In this document: positions 9,681 through 18,788 of the stretch, one piece after another
Layout: each line of letters starts with the position of its first letter
How positions within the stretch are numbered: position 1 is the first letter of the stretch
Assembly (NCBI GenBank): GCA_963693095.2
Contig: OY843768.1
Coordinates: forward strand, 1,056,001 to 1,120,000
Source: Cenarchaeum sp.
GTDB lineage: Archaea; Thermoproteota; Nitrososphaeria; Nitrososphaerales; Nitrosopumilaceae
DNA: 64,000 bases
Direction of reading: 5' to 3'
Position numbers and translations under genes: made by a program
Notes under the pieces: model-generated
Seen by the model: only the letters and a program-made list of their open reading frames with translations
The model's database searches: none
What the model was told of the DNA's origin: nothing

Positions 9681-10796
9681 GTGCCAAACATGAAGGGCGA
9701 CGGGGTCGATACCGGCAAGAAGCGCGATGTGCCAGCGAGGAGCGGCGAGGAGGGTCTCGCAAAGCCTGACTATCAGCTCCAGAAATACCTCAAAAAGGGC
9801 ATAAACAGCATGGCCGACGACAGGCTCGATGAGGCCGTCGCGCACTTTGAGCGCGCGCTGGCCTGTGAGCCCGGCAACGTGGAGGTGCTGCTAAAGCTCG
9901 GATACGCGCGGTTCCACATGGAGGACCACGCCGAGGCGATGCGCGTGTATGACCGCGTTCTCGACATTGATGTCGCCAACGCCGAGGCATGGAACCTAAA
10001 GTCCCTCATACACTATGGTCAAAAGAACTATGCGCGCGCGCTAGACAGCGTCGAGAAGGCAGTCGACTCTGATCCAAAGTTCGGCATGGCACGCTACAAC
10101 AAGGCGTGCTACCTGTCGATGCTAGGCAGGGTGACAGAGTCTATCGAGGCGCTAAAGCGCTCCATAGAGGTCGACGTAAAGAACGCACGGCGCGCAGTCA
10201 AGGACAGGGACTTTCAGAACGTGCGCATCGAGGACGGATTCAAGAGGATAATAGAGGTCGTTGTCCTCGAGTCCGTGAGGCAGGGATACCACACGATAGG
10301 CGCAATAGTGTGGACAACGTTTCTTGACAGGGTCGACGCCGAGGAGGCACTGCGCAACCTGATGCAAAAGGGCCTGCTCACAATGCACGAGAGGCGCGAT
10401 GGATTTCACAAGATACCAACGTATGACCTAGCCGACTCGGTCGCAAAAAAGCTGCCGCCGATCAAGCGCGGACTCTTTGGGCTCAAAAAGTCCTCGCCAG
10501 CCGAGGTCGGCGGACTCAAGAGGCTGAGCAGCGCAATACAGGACGTCAAGGTGAGCATCGGCGAGGAGGACGTGCCGGCAACACTTGAGAACCTCGAGCA
10601 GTTTATCGATCCAAAGAGGTGCGGCGAGCACATGATCGAGAACTTTTTGGAGGAGCATCGCGAGATTCGCCTGTGGAAGGTGAGGCTAGCTGACGGGTCA
10701 GTGGACTTTTTGCGCGACAACAAGAAAAAGATGATGACGATGCTAGAGAACATAGAGGCCTCTGTGACAAAGCAGCTCCGCAGCGAAGTCGGCTAG
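9681..10796 (+). CDS. TPR-repeat protein with central winged-helix-like segment
   Basis: Several TPR consensus helices ([14 protein letters not shown]); divergent from the collagen gene. Confidence 0.88.
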   Translation: MPNMKGDGVDTGKKRDVPARSGEEGLAKPDYQLQKYLKKGINSMADDRLDEAVAHFERALACEPGNVEVLLKLGYARFHMEDHAEAMRVYDRVLDIDVANAEAWNLKSLIHYGQKNYARALDSVEKAVDSDPKFGMARYNKACYLSMLGRVTESIEALKRSIEVDVKNARRAVKDRDFQNVRIEDGFKRIIEVVVLESVRQGYHTIGAIVWTTFLDRVDAEEALRNLMQKGLLTMHERRDGFHKIPTYDLADSVAKKLPPIKRGLFGLKKSSPAEVGGLKRLSSAIQDVKVSIGEEDVPATLENLEQFIDPKRCGEHMIENFLEEHREIRLWKVRLADGSVDFLRDNKKKMMTMLENIEASVTKQLRSEVG

Positions 10797-10807
10797 GCTG
10801 CATGCGC

Positions 10808-11620
10808 CTACTCGGCTGACAGATCCCAATAGTTTGCGTCAGCCTGCGTCTCTAGGGGCTTTTTGAGTCCCTTCCACTCCCTAAAGGAGCGCACATAGAG
10901 GCGCACGTTTGGCATTCCGGCCGAGCGCAGCGCGCAGTAGGCCAGGCCCGAGAGCGTCCCGACGCTGCCACAGTACGTGATGACCTCGGCACCCTGGCGT
11001 ATGCCACGATTCTCAAGCAGGCGCGCGATCTCCTCGCGCGGGCGCAGGACGCTGCCCTCAGCCCCTAGCGTCCTGTAGGGTATGTTGATCGCGCCGGGGA
11101 TGTGGTTCTCTAGGTAGTTGAGGCGCTCCCTGTTGTCGACTAGGACGACGTCGCCGCGCGAGGCCGCATCCTCGAGGTATGTCGACGTGGCCAGCGTTTC
11201 TGGACGCGGGCTGACTGTGTGCGTCGAGGCCTCCACGCCAGGGGCGTCAGTGGAGACCTCGAGGCCGCGCGAGTCCCACTGCGAGTACGTCGAGTCAAGG
11301 AGCGCAACGTCCCTGTGCCCAATGTGCTCCAGTGACCACACGAGCCTCGAGGCGAGTGCGCCAAACGTGTCATCATAGGCGACGACGCGCGTAGAGTCCC
11401 CAATGCCGGCTTGCGCCGCAAGGCGCGCAACGGACGCGTCACTGTCATCTGCCAAGAGCTCTGAGAGCGGCAGGTTTACGGCCGACGGGATGTGCCCGCG
11501 CGCATACTCTTCGGGCTTTCTGACGTCAATAACGCGCGTCTTCCCGTCACGCAGCTCGCCGGACAGGTCATCGGCGCTAGTTAGCATGCCTCCGGCAGCG
11601 TCCTGCTCGGCGCCGCTCAT
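10808..11620 (-). CDS. Tandem-domain rhodanese / thiosulfate sulfurtransferase
   Basis: DVRKPEEYARGHIPSAVN, HIPGAINIP, active-site loop YCGSVGTLS; ATGA overlap with sir. Confidence 0.92.
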   Translation of the reverse strand: MSGAEQDAAGGMLTSADDLSGELRDGKTRVIDVRKPEEYARGHIPSAVNLPLSELLADDSDASVARLAAQAGIGDSTRVVAYDDTFGALASRLVWSLEHIGHRDVALLDSTYSQWDSRGLEVSTDAPGVEASTHTVSPRPETLATSTYLEDAASRGDVVLVDNRERLNYLENHIPGAINIPYRTLGAEGSVLRPREEIARLLENRGIRQGAEVITYCGSVGTLSGLAYCALRSAGMPNVRLYVRSFREWKGLKKPLETQADANYWDLSAE

Positions 11621-13419
11621 GCGGCGCACTCGCCCCTTCCGGTCTTTGTGTGATAGCCGCCGTCGCTCCCATAGTCACTGAAAAAGTCCGCGTCATCTGA
11701 CTGCGAGGGGGCCGCAGCAAGGTGCGCTAGTGCTGACTTTATGTCCTTCACAGACGAGAGCCCCGTCGCAGACGCGCCAGAGACGATCTTGTGGATCCAG
11801 TCCCTAAAGAGGTCACCGTCCTGCCTGTCCTTTTTGTACATGTCAATGAGCTCGAGGAGCGCAGGAATGACGCGCTTTGCGGGCACGCGCATGCACATGG
11901 TGCCGAGCATCGTCTGCCCGTCAGAGCGGCCGCCAAGGGACATCTGGTACACCGGATACATGTCGCCTCCGGAGCGCGCGCCGCCGCCATAAAACCCGAC
12001 TGTGGCTATGCCGTGCTGGCCACACGAGTTTGGGCAGCCGCTGATCTTTATCGACGAGCCCCGCAGGTCGGCATCCTCGTCGAGGCCGGTCTCGGTGAAC
12101 TTGCGCTGTATCTCCTTTGCGAGCCTGTGCGAGTTGGTAAGCGCGAGGTTGCACGAGGTCGTGCCCGAGCACCCAATGGGCGCGGCCATCGTCAGCGAGC
12201 CCGGCCTTGCGAGGCCAGCCTCGAGGAGGTCGCCGTAGAGCGCGGTGAGGCCGTCCTCGCGCACGTAGCGGAGGGCAATGTTCTGCGTAAAGCCGATGCG
12301 CGCAAGGCCCTCGCCAGAGTGCGTGCGGCATATCTGCGCTAGCGCACGAAGCTGGCTTGCCGTTATGTCGCCGGCCTCGAGCGCAATAAAGACAGAGCGG
12401 AACCCGTCTTGCTTTTGCGCGCACGTGCACGTGCGCAGCCACCGCGCATACCCTTCAGGTGCGGCGCCGGCGGGCTCATCAGATACGCAAAGGCGCGGGA
12501 TGACCTCATCGGGCTTGAGGTCGACGTCAAATCCCACCGTGACGGACTGTGTCGCGCGCATTATCGCGCGCTCTTTTAGGACAAGGCCCCTAAAGGCATC
12601 CCAGCCCATGTCGTTGACAAGGTATCGCATGCGGTTCCTCGCGAGGTTCTTCCTGTCCCCAAGCCTGTCAAATATGCGAAGGACCGCAAGTGACGTGTAG
12701 ATGAGATCCTCCTGCGGGGTAAAGTCCTCAAGCTCGTGGCCAACAAATGACTTGTTGCCCAGTCCGCCGCCGAGAAATACCTTGAATCCGCGCCGTTCCT
12801 CGCCGTTTTCATGGCGAACCTGCGGGAGGACGCCGACGTCGACCATTCGAACCATCCCGTGCTCCTCGCAGCACGTAAAGTTGAACTTGAACTTGCGCGG
12901 CAGGTTTTGGTTCATCGGGTTTCGCAGGAGGAACTTTGCCGTCGATAGCGCGTATGGCGTCGCGTCAAACGCCTCGGCGCCGCACACGCCGGAGAGCGGG
13001 CTGCACATCACATTGCGAACCGTGTTGCCGCACGCCTCGCGCGACGTGAGGCCGACTTCTGCGAGGCCACGAAATATCTCCGAGACGTCCTCGAGTATGA
13101 CCCAGTGGAGCTGCACGTTCTCGCGAGTCGAGACGTGCGCACTGCCTATCGAAAATCGCTCGCTGAGCTGGGCCATCTTTTCAAGCTGTGCGGGCAGTAT
13201 CTTGCCGGCCGGCACCTTTATGCGGACCATCGCATAGTCAGACGTCATGCGCGTGCCGTATGCGCCATGCTGCAGGCGAAACCTGCGAAAGCTGTCCGCG
13301 TCGTACTTGCCCTGCCTGAAGAGCCTCACCGTGCGCGCAAAGCTCTCCGTCTCCTCCTCTCGTGCCCAGTTGATCCCCGGCTCGGGGTCGGCTACCTTTT
13401 GCGTTTGCTGCGGCTTCAA
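11617..13419 (-). CDS. sir: Ferredoxin-dependent sulfite/nitrite reductase (siroheme, 4Fe-4S)
   Basis: STRENVQLH, LPRKFK, GCSGTTSC...ISGCPNSCGQH; start trimmed to TTG 13419. Confidence 0.93.
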   Translation of the reverse strand: MKPQQTQKVADPEPGINWAREEETESFARTVRLFRQGKYDADSFRRFRLQHGAYGTRMTSDYAMVRIKVPAGKILPAQLEKMAQLSERFSIGSAHVSTRENVQLHWVILEDVSEIFRGLAEVGLTSREACGNTVRNVMCSPLSGVCGAEAFDATPYALSTAKFLLRNPMNQNLPRKFKFNFTCCEEHGMVRMVDVGVLPQVRHENGEERRGFKVFLGGGLGNKSFVGHELEDFTPQEDLIYTSLAVLRIFDRLGDRKNLARNRMRYLVNDMGWDAFRGLVLKERAIMRATQSVTVGFDVDLKPDEVIPRLCVSDEPAGAAPEGYARWLRTCTCAQKQDGFRSVFIALEAGDITASQLRALAQICRTHSGEGLARIGFTQNIALRYVREDGLTALYGDLLEAGLARPGSLTMAAPIGCSGTTSCNLALTNSHRLAKEIQRKFTETGLDEDADLRGSSIKISGCPNSCGQHGIATVGFYGGGARSGGDMYPVYQMSLGGRSDGQTMLGTMCMRVPAKRVIPALLELIDMYKKDRQDGDLFRDWIHKIVSGASATGLSSVKDIKSALAHLAAAPSQSDDADFFSDYGSDGGYHTKTGRGECAA

Positions 13420-13636
13420 CTGGCTTGATCGCACGGGGTTTGAATATAAGCTTAAGCGTCGTGGCGGCCATTCCACACGCGTGTAGGGCCACAGGCCACC
13501 ATAATGCCCGCAGGTGGGCCGTCGGCGAACGGCCCGCGCGGCGCTGGTGGGCCGGCACCCCCGCGGACCCCCTTTGGCCAGATGGGCGCAATGCGGCATG
13601 AAGGCTTTTAACATACCGCGCCAACGCAGGATCCAT

Positions 13637-14653
13637 ATGGGCTTTATGCGCAAGGACTATGTTTCGGACCGCCTCACGATAGTGGCAAAAAGGGAAAAGC
13701 GCACAACTGATCCAAAAAAGTCCCCGCACGCGCCGGGCAACGAGTCGATGACCAACCCGTCGGTTCTCTCGCTAGTCTCCAAGGACGGCATGCTCCAGAG
13801 GCTGCAGGACAGCGAGGGCGAGTACATCAAGGGTTGGGCAATACGCGTCTTTGAGAGCGACAACCCAATAGTCACGACAACGCCAGAGAACACATACGGC
13901 GAGTTTCCGCACTACAAGGAGCCCGCATACGGGTACCACTATGTCGTTGTAGCGTCACCAGACCACAAGGAGTCGCTCTCGACGATAAGCGTGGAGCAGT
14001 GGTCAAACGTGCTCATCGTGGTACAGGATCGCCTGCGATGGCTCTACACGCAAAAGGGCGTCACATACGTTGCCATATACGCAAGCCATGCGAGCAGCGA
14101 GGACTCGAAAAATGACCACCCGCGCCTCGACATTGCGACATTCTCGACGATACCTCCCGTAATCGAGAAAGAGTCGGCGATCTCGCACCGTATACTCAGC
14201 GAGCGCGGCGTGTGCCCAATGTGCCACACCATCGAAGTCGAGGCCGCCGGGCCGCGCCAGGTTCTGCAGACTGAGGGGTTTGTCGCACTGTGCCCATGGG
14301 CACCGGCACACGAGTACGAGTACTGGATATGCCCAAAAAAGCACACGACATCATTCTCAAAGATAACGCACAAGGAGATAAATGACCTTGCCCTAATGCT
14401 GCGCGCCACGCTCGGCGGGCTCTGCGAGACCGTAAAGGGCGTGTCCTTTGGCATTGCGTTCCACCTGTCGCCAGAAAAAAAGAACAGCAAGCAGATACAC
14501 TGGCATGTCGAGGTCTATCCCGTCAAGGGCGAGGTGACCGGCCTCGAGCATGGGTACGGGATACACCTAAACCCCACGTCTCCAGAAGATGCGGCCGCCA
14601 ACCTCGGGGAGGCAAGCAGGAAGGAGATTGCGCGCCTAGTCGGGATAGTGTAG
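13637..14653 (+). CDS. GalT-like (HIT superfamily) nucleotidyltransferase
   Basis: PGNESMT, AYGYHYVVV, CPMC, HWHVEVYP, GLEHGYG...NPTSPEDAA; the HPH catalytic motif reads HPR. Confidence 0.85.
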   Translation: MGFMRKDYVSDRLTIVAKREKRTTDPKKSPHAPGNESMTNPSVLSLVSKDGMLQRLQDSEGEYIKGWAIRVFESDNPIVTTTPENTYGEFPHYKEPAYGYHYVVVASPDHKESLSTISVEQWSNVLIVVQDRLRWLYTQKGVTYVAIYASHASSEDSKNDHPRLDIATFSTIPPVIEKESAISHRILSERGVCPMCHTIEVEAAGPRQVLQTEGFVALCPWAPAHEYEYWICPKKHTTSFSKITHKEINDLALMLRATLGGLCETVKGVSFGIAFHLSPEKKNSKQIHWHVEVYPVKGEVTGLEHGYGIHLNPTSPEDAAANLGEASRKEIARLVGIV

Positions 14654-14657
14654 TGCC

Positions 14658-15110
14658 ATGGGAATAGAGAGGTACATTGCAGCCGCCGGCATGGGACTCT
14701 ATGTCATGTTTGCCGCCGAGATCTGCACGCTCTATGACTTTTTGCAGGATCCCTACCGCACAATCGAGGCGGCGCCAAAGATACTCCAGTTCATCTCAAT
14801 TGGCGTCGCGCCCGCGTCGATTCTTGCGGCAGTCTCGTATATCATGACAAGGAGGTACGGCTCGAGGCCAATAGGCGTGATGATCTGCATAGGCGGCGTC
14901 GCGATGATGGCCGGCATGGCATACGCGCAGATGCTAGTCGCCGGCATAGGCGCAGATCACCTCAACGCCACAGTAGAGTACACGCCGATCCTCTTTGCGA
15001 TCCTGTCGATTCCGGTGATCGTCGTGGGCGCCTCGCTCATGCGCGAGAGGCAGAGGCCAAAGCGGCACTCTACCCTAGATCACACCTCATGGACACAGAG
15101 TGACGACTGA
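14658..15110 (+). CDS. Hypothetical membrane protein (about 4 TM)
   Basis: Four hydrophobic segments; 4 bp downstream of the galT-like gene. Confidence 0.75.
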   Translation: MGIERYIAAAGMGLYVMFAAEICTLYDFLQDPYRTIEAAPKILQFISIGVAPASILAAVSYIMTRRYGSRPIGVMICIGGVAMMAGMAYAQMLVAGIGADHLNATVEYTPILFAILSIPVIVVGASLMRERQRPKRHSTLDHTSWTQSDD

Positions 15111-15513
15111 GTCCAAGGCCCTCATAGAACGGCACGAGCTCATCGGCGCACTCGAGGACGACCTTGTAGCAGCCGGCGCGGCGCGCCTCGGCGATCGCCG
15201 CGCGAACGAGTGTGCCCCCGATGCCCTCGCGCTGATGATCCTTGCGAACTGCGACGTCCTCGATGTGGCCCACAAGGCCCCCGTCATGGATGAACTTGCG
15301 CTCAACGAGGAGCGTCACGGTCCCGACTATGCGGCCGTCGCGCTCGGCCACAAGCGTCGTGTGGCCGTCGTTGGCCTCTATGGCATCCATGACGCGCATG
15401 GCAGTCTCCGTGTCCATGCCGCTAGCGCTGCGCAGCGAGTCGAGTGACTCTAGAAAGCCCGCCCCAAGGTCGTCTCGCCGCAGCGGCCTTATCACGGGAT
15501 CCATTGCGCTCAC
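15070..15513 (-). CDS. GNAT acetyltransferase, glucosamine-6-phosphate N-acetyltransferase (GNA1)-like
   Basis: LVERKFIH, GHIEDVAV...QREGIG, GCYKVVLEC, VPFYE. Confidence 0.9.
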   Translation of the reverse strand: MSAMDPVIRPLRRDDLGAGFLESLDSLRSASGMDTETAMRVMDAIEANDGHTTLVAERDGRIVGTVTLLVERKFIHDGGLVGHIEDVAVRKDHQREGIGGTLVRAAIAEARRAGCYKVVLECADELVPFYEGLGLSRHSVSMRCDLG

Positions 15514-16205
15514 GCGTCCTGCCCCCCAAGGCGGGCCTGCGCGCGCTCATAGGAGGCAATGTCGCCAATGTCGGTGAACGCCCCGCGCGCGCGGTACTCG
15601 CGCACGCGCATGCCGCGCGCAATGGCGCGCCTCACGGCAGAATCCATTCCGAGCGCGCGGTTTGGCGGGATGAGCGCAAGGACTGCAGGCTCGATGACAT
15701 AGCAGCCGACGTTTATGAGCGACTCGATGCGCGGCTTTTCGTCCCATGATGTCACCGTGCCGGCGCGCGTCGTAGTAATGACGCCATACGGGACTGTCGT
15801 CGTGTGCATGTGCGTGGCGATCGTCATTGCCGGACGCGTGCGCACGTGCTGCCTGACCATGGCACGAAGCGAGTGGCCAAATATCGAGTCGCCATACATG
15901 CACACAAACGCAGAGTTAAGGAGGCCACTTGCGGCACGCAGCTGTCCGGCAGTCGCCATTGGCCGTGGCGTTGCGGCGTACTCGATGCGCACGCCAAAGT
16001 CCGACCCGTCGCCAAAGTGGCCCTCGATCGACTCGCGGAGGTGACTCACGCAAAGCACGATCTCCCGTATGCCGGCCTTGCGTGTCCATTCAACGAGGTG
16101 CTCTAGTATTGGCCGGCCGGCAAGCGGGAGCATCGGCTTTGGAGTTGTTGCCGTGTATGAGCCCATGCGCTCTCCGAGCCCGCCTGCAAGAATCACGGCC
16201 TTCAT
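15510..16205 (-). CDS. Sugar-phosphate nucleotidyltransferase
   Basis: KAVILAGGLGER, PKPML, YGDS, DIG. Confidence 0.92.
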   Translation of the reverse strand: MKAVILAGGLGERMGSYTATTPKPMLPLAGRPILEHLVEWTRKAGIREIVLCVSHLRESIEGHFGDGSDFGVRIEYAATPRPMATAGQLRAASGLLNSAFVCMYGDSIFGHSLRAMVRQHVRTRPAMTIATHMHTTTVPYGVITTTRAGTVTSWDEKPRIESLINVGCYVIEPAVLALIPPNRALGMDSAVRRAIARGMRVREYRARGAFTDIGDIASYERAQARLGGQDA

Positions 16206-16223
16206 GCATGCGCGCGCCGGCGC

Positions 16224-17525
16224 CTATAATTTATGTTGAGCAGCACGCGCGGCGATTCGGCGAACCTTGCGCAGCACGTCAGCGGGATCGCGGCCAAAGA
16301 CTAGGGCCATGGGCTCCTTGCCGTGCGCGCCGGCATGGTGAACGATATCAGGCGGGGCCGCTCTCCGCGCGATGGCCTCGCGCACGCCCCATGCTACAGT
16401 CGTGCCCTCGAGGCGCGCACGCGCGCGCGGCTCGCGGGCGCGATCGTATGACGAGAGCGACATGCCAAGGCGGCGCATCGCGCCAAGCGTTGCCGGCGAG
16501 CGGCGGATGTTGGCGCACGAGGAGACGTCCGGAAACCTCTCGCGCATGGCGGCCAGCGCAGAGGCGACGTGGCGCGAGCCGCCGCGCTCAAGGCTGCCGA
16601 CGGGGATGAGGCGCGTGCCGGCCCTGACGATTCTCCCGCTCATGCCGATCATGTCCTGCGCCGAGGACGACTCGGGCGTGGCGACGACAAAGTTTGTCTG
16701 GCATTCTGGGACTAGCGCGTGTGCGCCGCGCGTGGAGCACAGGCCCGCTATTGCCGCAGCAAGTCCTGCGACATGGGGCGAGTCGCGCAGTCCCGTGATC
16801 GCAAGGCCGCGGCCGGGCGAGGCGGCCGCATCGAGGTGCGATGCGGCGATCGTGTGGGCCATGCGGGCAGCCTCGTATGGGCTGCGCCGGCCCGCAAGCG
16901 CAAACGCCAGGGCCGCCGAGTGCGCGCATCCGCCCCCGTGGCTCTGCTCAGCGTGTGCGGCGCCGCGGATCACGCGCCTGCGTGGCGCGTACACGTGATC
17001 GCATATGCGTCCGGCGCACGGCACGCCTGTCACGATGACAGCGCCGCACCCGAAACCCAAGAGTGCGCGTGCGCTCGCGTCAGGCCCGCGCCTCGTCGAG
17101 ATGGCCTCGGCCTCCTCGAGGTTTGGCGTGACGGCTGCCGCTAGCGGGAGCATCTCAGAGCAGAGGGCCGGAATAGCGGTCCGCCGGAGCAGGACACCCC
17201 CCGTCGTTGAGCGGATCACGGGGTCGACCACTATGGGGGCACTAGAGCCGCGAATCGCTGAGGCGACTGCGCGCACCGTGGCAGCAGAGTGGAGCATGCC
17301 GACTTTTATTGCGTCAAGCTCAAAGTCTGCCATCACCGAGTCGATCTGCGCGCGTATGGCCGCCGGCGCGAGCGCGTGCGTGCCCGAGTACGACGACGTG
17401 CCCTGTGCCGTTATCGCAGTTATCGCCGTGACGCAGTGGGCGCCGAGTGCCGAGAGAACCCTCACGTCACCCTGCACGCCGGCGCCAGAGGACGGATCAG
17501 AGCCCCCTATTGACAGAATGTTCAC
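16224..17525 (-). CDS. thiDN: Bifunctional HMP(-P) kinase / thiamine-phosphate synthase ThiD-ThiN
   Basis: IGGSDPSSGAGVQGD, KVGML, TPNLEEA, HGGGC; C-terminal ThiN (LVPECQTN, SRHVA, GKEPM). Confidence 0.92.
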   Translation of the reverse strand: MNILSIGGSDPSSGAGVQGDVRVLSALGAHCVTAITAITAQGTSSYSGTHALAPAAIRAQIDSVMADFELDAIKVGMLHSAATVRAVASAIRGSSAPIVVDPVIRSTTGGVLLRRTAIPALCSEMLPLAAAVTPNLEEAEAISTRRGPDASARALLGFGCGAVIVTGVPCAGRICDHVYAPRRRVIRGAAHAEQSHGGGCAHSAALAFALAGRRSPYEAARMAHTIAASHLDAAASPGRGLAITGLRDSPHVAGLAAAIAGLCSTRGAHALVPECQTNFVVATPESSSAQDMIGMSGRIVRAGTRLIPVGSLERGGSRHVASALAAMRERFPDVSSCANIRRSPATLGAMRRLGMSLSSYDRAREPRARARLEGTTVAWGVREAIARRAAPPDIVHHAGAHGKEPMALVFGRDPADVLRKVRRIAARAAQHKL

Positions 17526-17569
17526 CGACGCTCACCGCGTTGCGCGGCATGGAGCCATGCGAGCCATGC

Positions 17570-17665
17570 TCAGGACGTCTCCTGTGCGCACCTGAATGAG
17601 CAGAACCTGCTCCCTGTGCCCTCAAACTCGCGGCCGCAATGCAGGCACTCCCGCGCTAGTCTCAT
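17570..17665 (-). CDS. 31-aa C4 zinc-finger microprotein (not in ORF track)
   Basis: Manual translation MRLARECLHCGREFEGTGSRFCSFRCAQETS*; TATA-like TTATAT ~25 nt upstream of the ATG. Confidence 0.65.
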   Translation of the reverse strand: MRLARECLHCGREFEGTGSRFCSFRCAQETS

Positions 17666-18070
17666 GCTGTTGGTCACGCGTCTTGGCCAATATAACTGCG
17701 ATCCAGATCCCTTATAGCCAGAATGGGCGCCCACACGGCCTGAGGCGGGCCATCACAAAGGCGTGCTGGGCAGCACGTGGCCGCGGCACGCTCTGCCGGT
17801 GCGTCGAGCCTGCGAGGCCATGCGTTCACGCGGTGCGGGCTCGAGGCTGTGCAGGCATTGCGCCTGCGACATGCCGCACGCCGGTGTGGCGCATTGCCTG
17901 ATGGGCAAGCCGTGCCTGAAATCATGCAGCACAAAGCGCCCAATTGCGCACATTGCGCCGTGAACTAGCCATGTGCCATCCTGTGGCCTATACGCCATAA
18001 CCCATGGCATGGCTTGATGGCACAGGCACGTCAATTGTGCGCAAGGGACACGCCATAAAGCGTCGTTACG

Positions 18071-18565
18071 CTAGTGAAACGGGTAGGTGCTCCAGGCCGG
18101 AGGCTCGATGAACGTTCCCACCACGGTCATTGTCATGATAAATCCAAATATACACAGCGATATCAGCATGATGTTCCAGTGTTGGGTGTGTTTTGTGCGG
18201 AGAAGACGGGTGTTATAGTGAATGGCGCGATCAAGATCGTCCACAAGATGGATCCAATAGGATTCGTGCTCAGGAGAACCCGGCGCAGGTGGAACCCCGT
18301 TCGACAAAGTTAGCAGCGGTCCGGCATTCAGTGTTGTGTTGCCCAACATCTGCACACCAATCCTGATTGGAACCGCGATTGTAAATGCCACTGCCCCGAC
18401 AAGCGTGATCAGGTTCACTGCCGGACTAAACGCGTAGGCCAACACCATAGCTGCGACAACTGAAAGAAAGATCGAGGCCTTTATGTCAACATGGTTGCAG
18501 AGAACGCCAAGGTGATAACACTGATGCTGCATGTAAAAGGCCTGTTCAGACCGACTCATCGTCAT
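18071..18565 (-). CDS. Three-TM membrane protein resembling Pycsar effector (DUF5706/PycTM) family
   Basis: VDIKASIFL before TM1, TM2, soluble loop, YNTRLLRTKH before TM3; lower GC than flanks; start overlaps the upstream peptide gene. Confidence 0.6.
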   Translation of the reverse strand: MTMSRSEQAFYMQHQCYHLGVLCNHVDIKASIFLSVVAAMVLAYAFSPAVNLITLVGAVAFTIAVPIRIGVQMLGNTTLNAGPLLTLSNGVPPAPGSPEHESYWIHLVDDLDRAIHYNTRLLRTKHTQHWNIMLISLCIFGFIMTMTVVGTFIEPPAWSTYPFH

Positions 18566-18743
18566 ATACGAAATCTGACCTCCGTGCGTCAAATGTTGTG
18601 TACAGGGTAGTGATGGGCAGACGATTGGGGCCTATGTATATCGTGTTGGCCTCGTCTGTCTCACGGCTCAGCTTGTCCAGCTCGGCATCGCTCATCTCGC
18701 ACCTGCGTGCAGCCGTCATCCAGCCGCGCAACCAGTCCCACAT
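18546..18743 (-). CDS. 65-aa hypothetical protein, copy A
   Basis: MWDWLRGWMTAARRCEMS...; paralog at 20324-20524; TATA run TATATATA ~25 nt upstream. Confidence 0.7.
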   Translation of the reverse strand: MWDWLRGWMTAARRCEMSDAELDKLSRETDEANTIYIGPNRLPITTLYTTFDARRSDFVYDDESV

Positions 18744-18788
18744 TGCCGCAGTTAGACGTGTCGGCGTATATATATGATCTCTAGACTT

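Noticed and set aside
17700-18065. TPP riboswitch, IS remnant or gene between thiDN and the cassette
   Set aside because: No CTGAGA/ACCTGA TPP core, no clear TIR, and the ORFs look non-coding; the content remains unexplained
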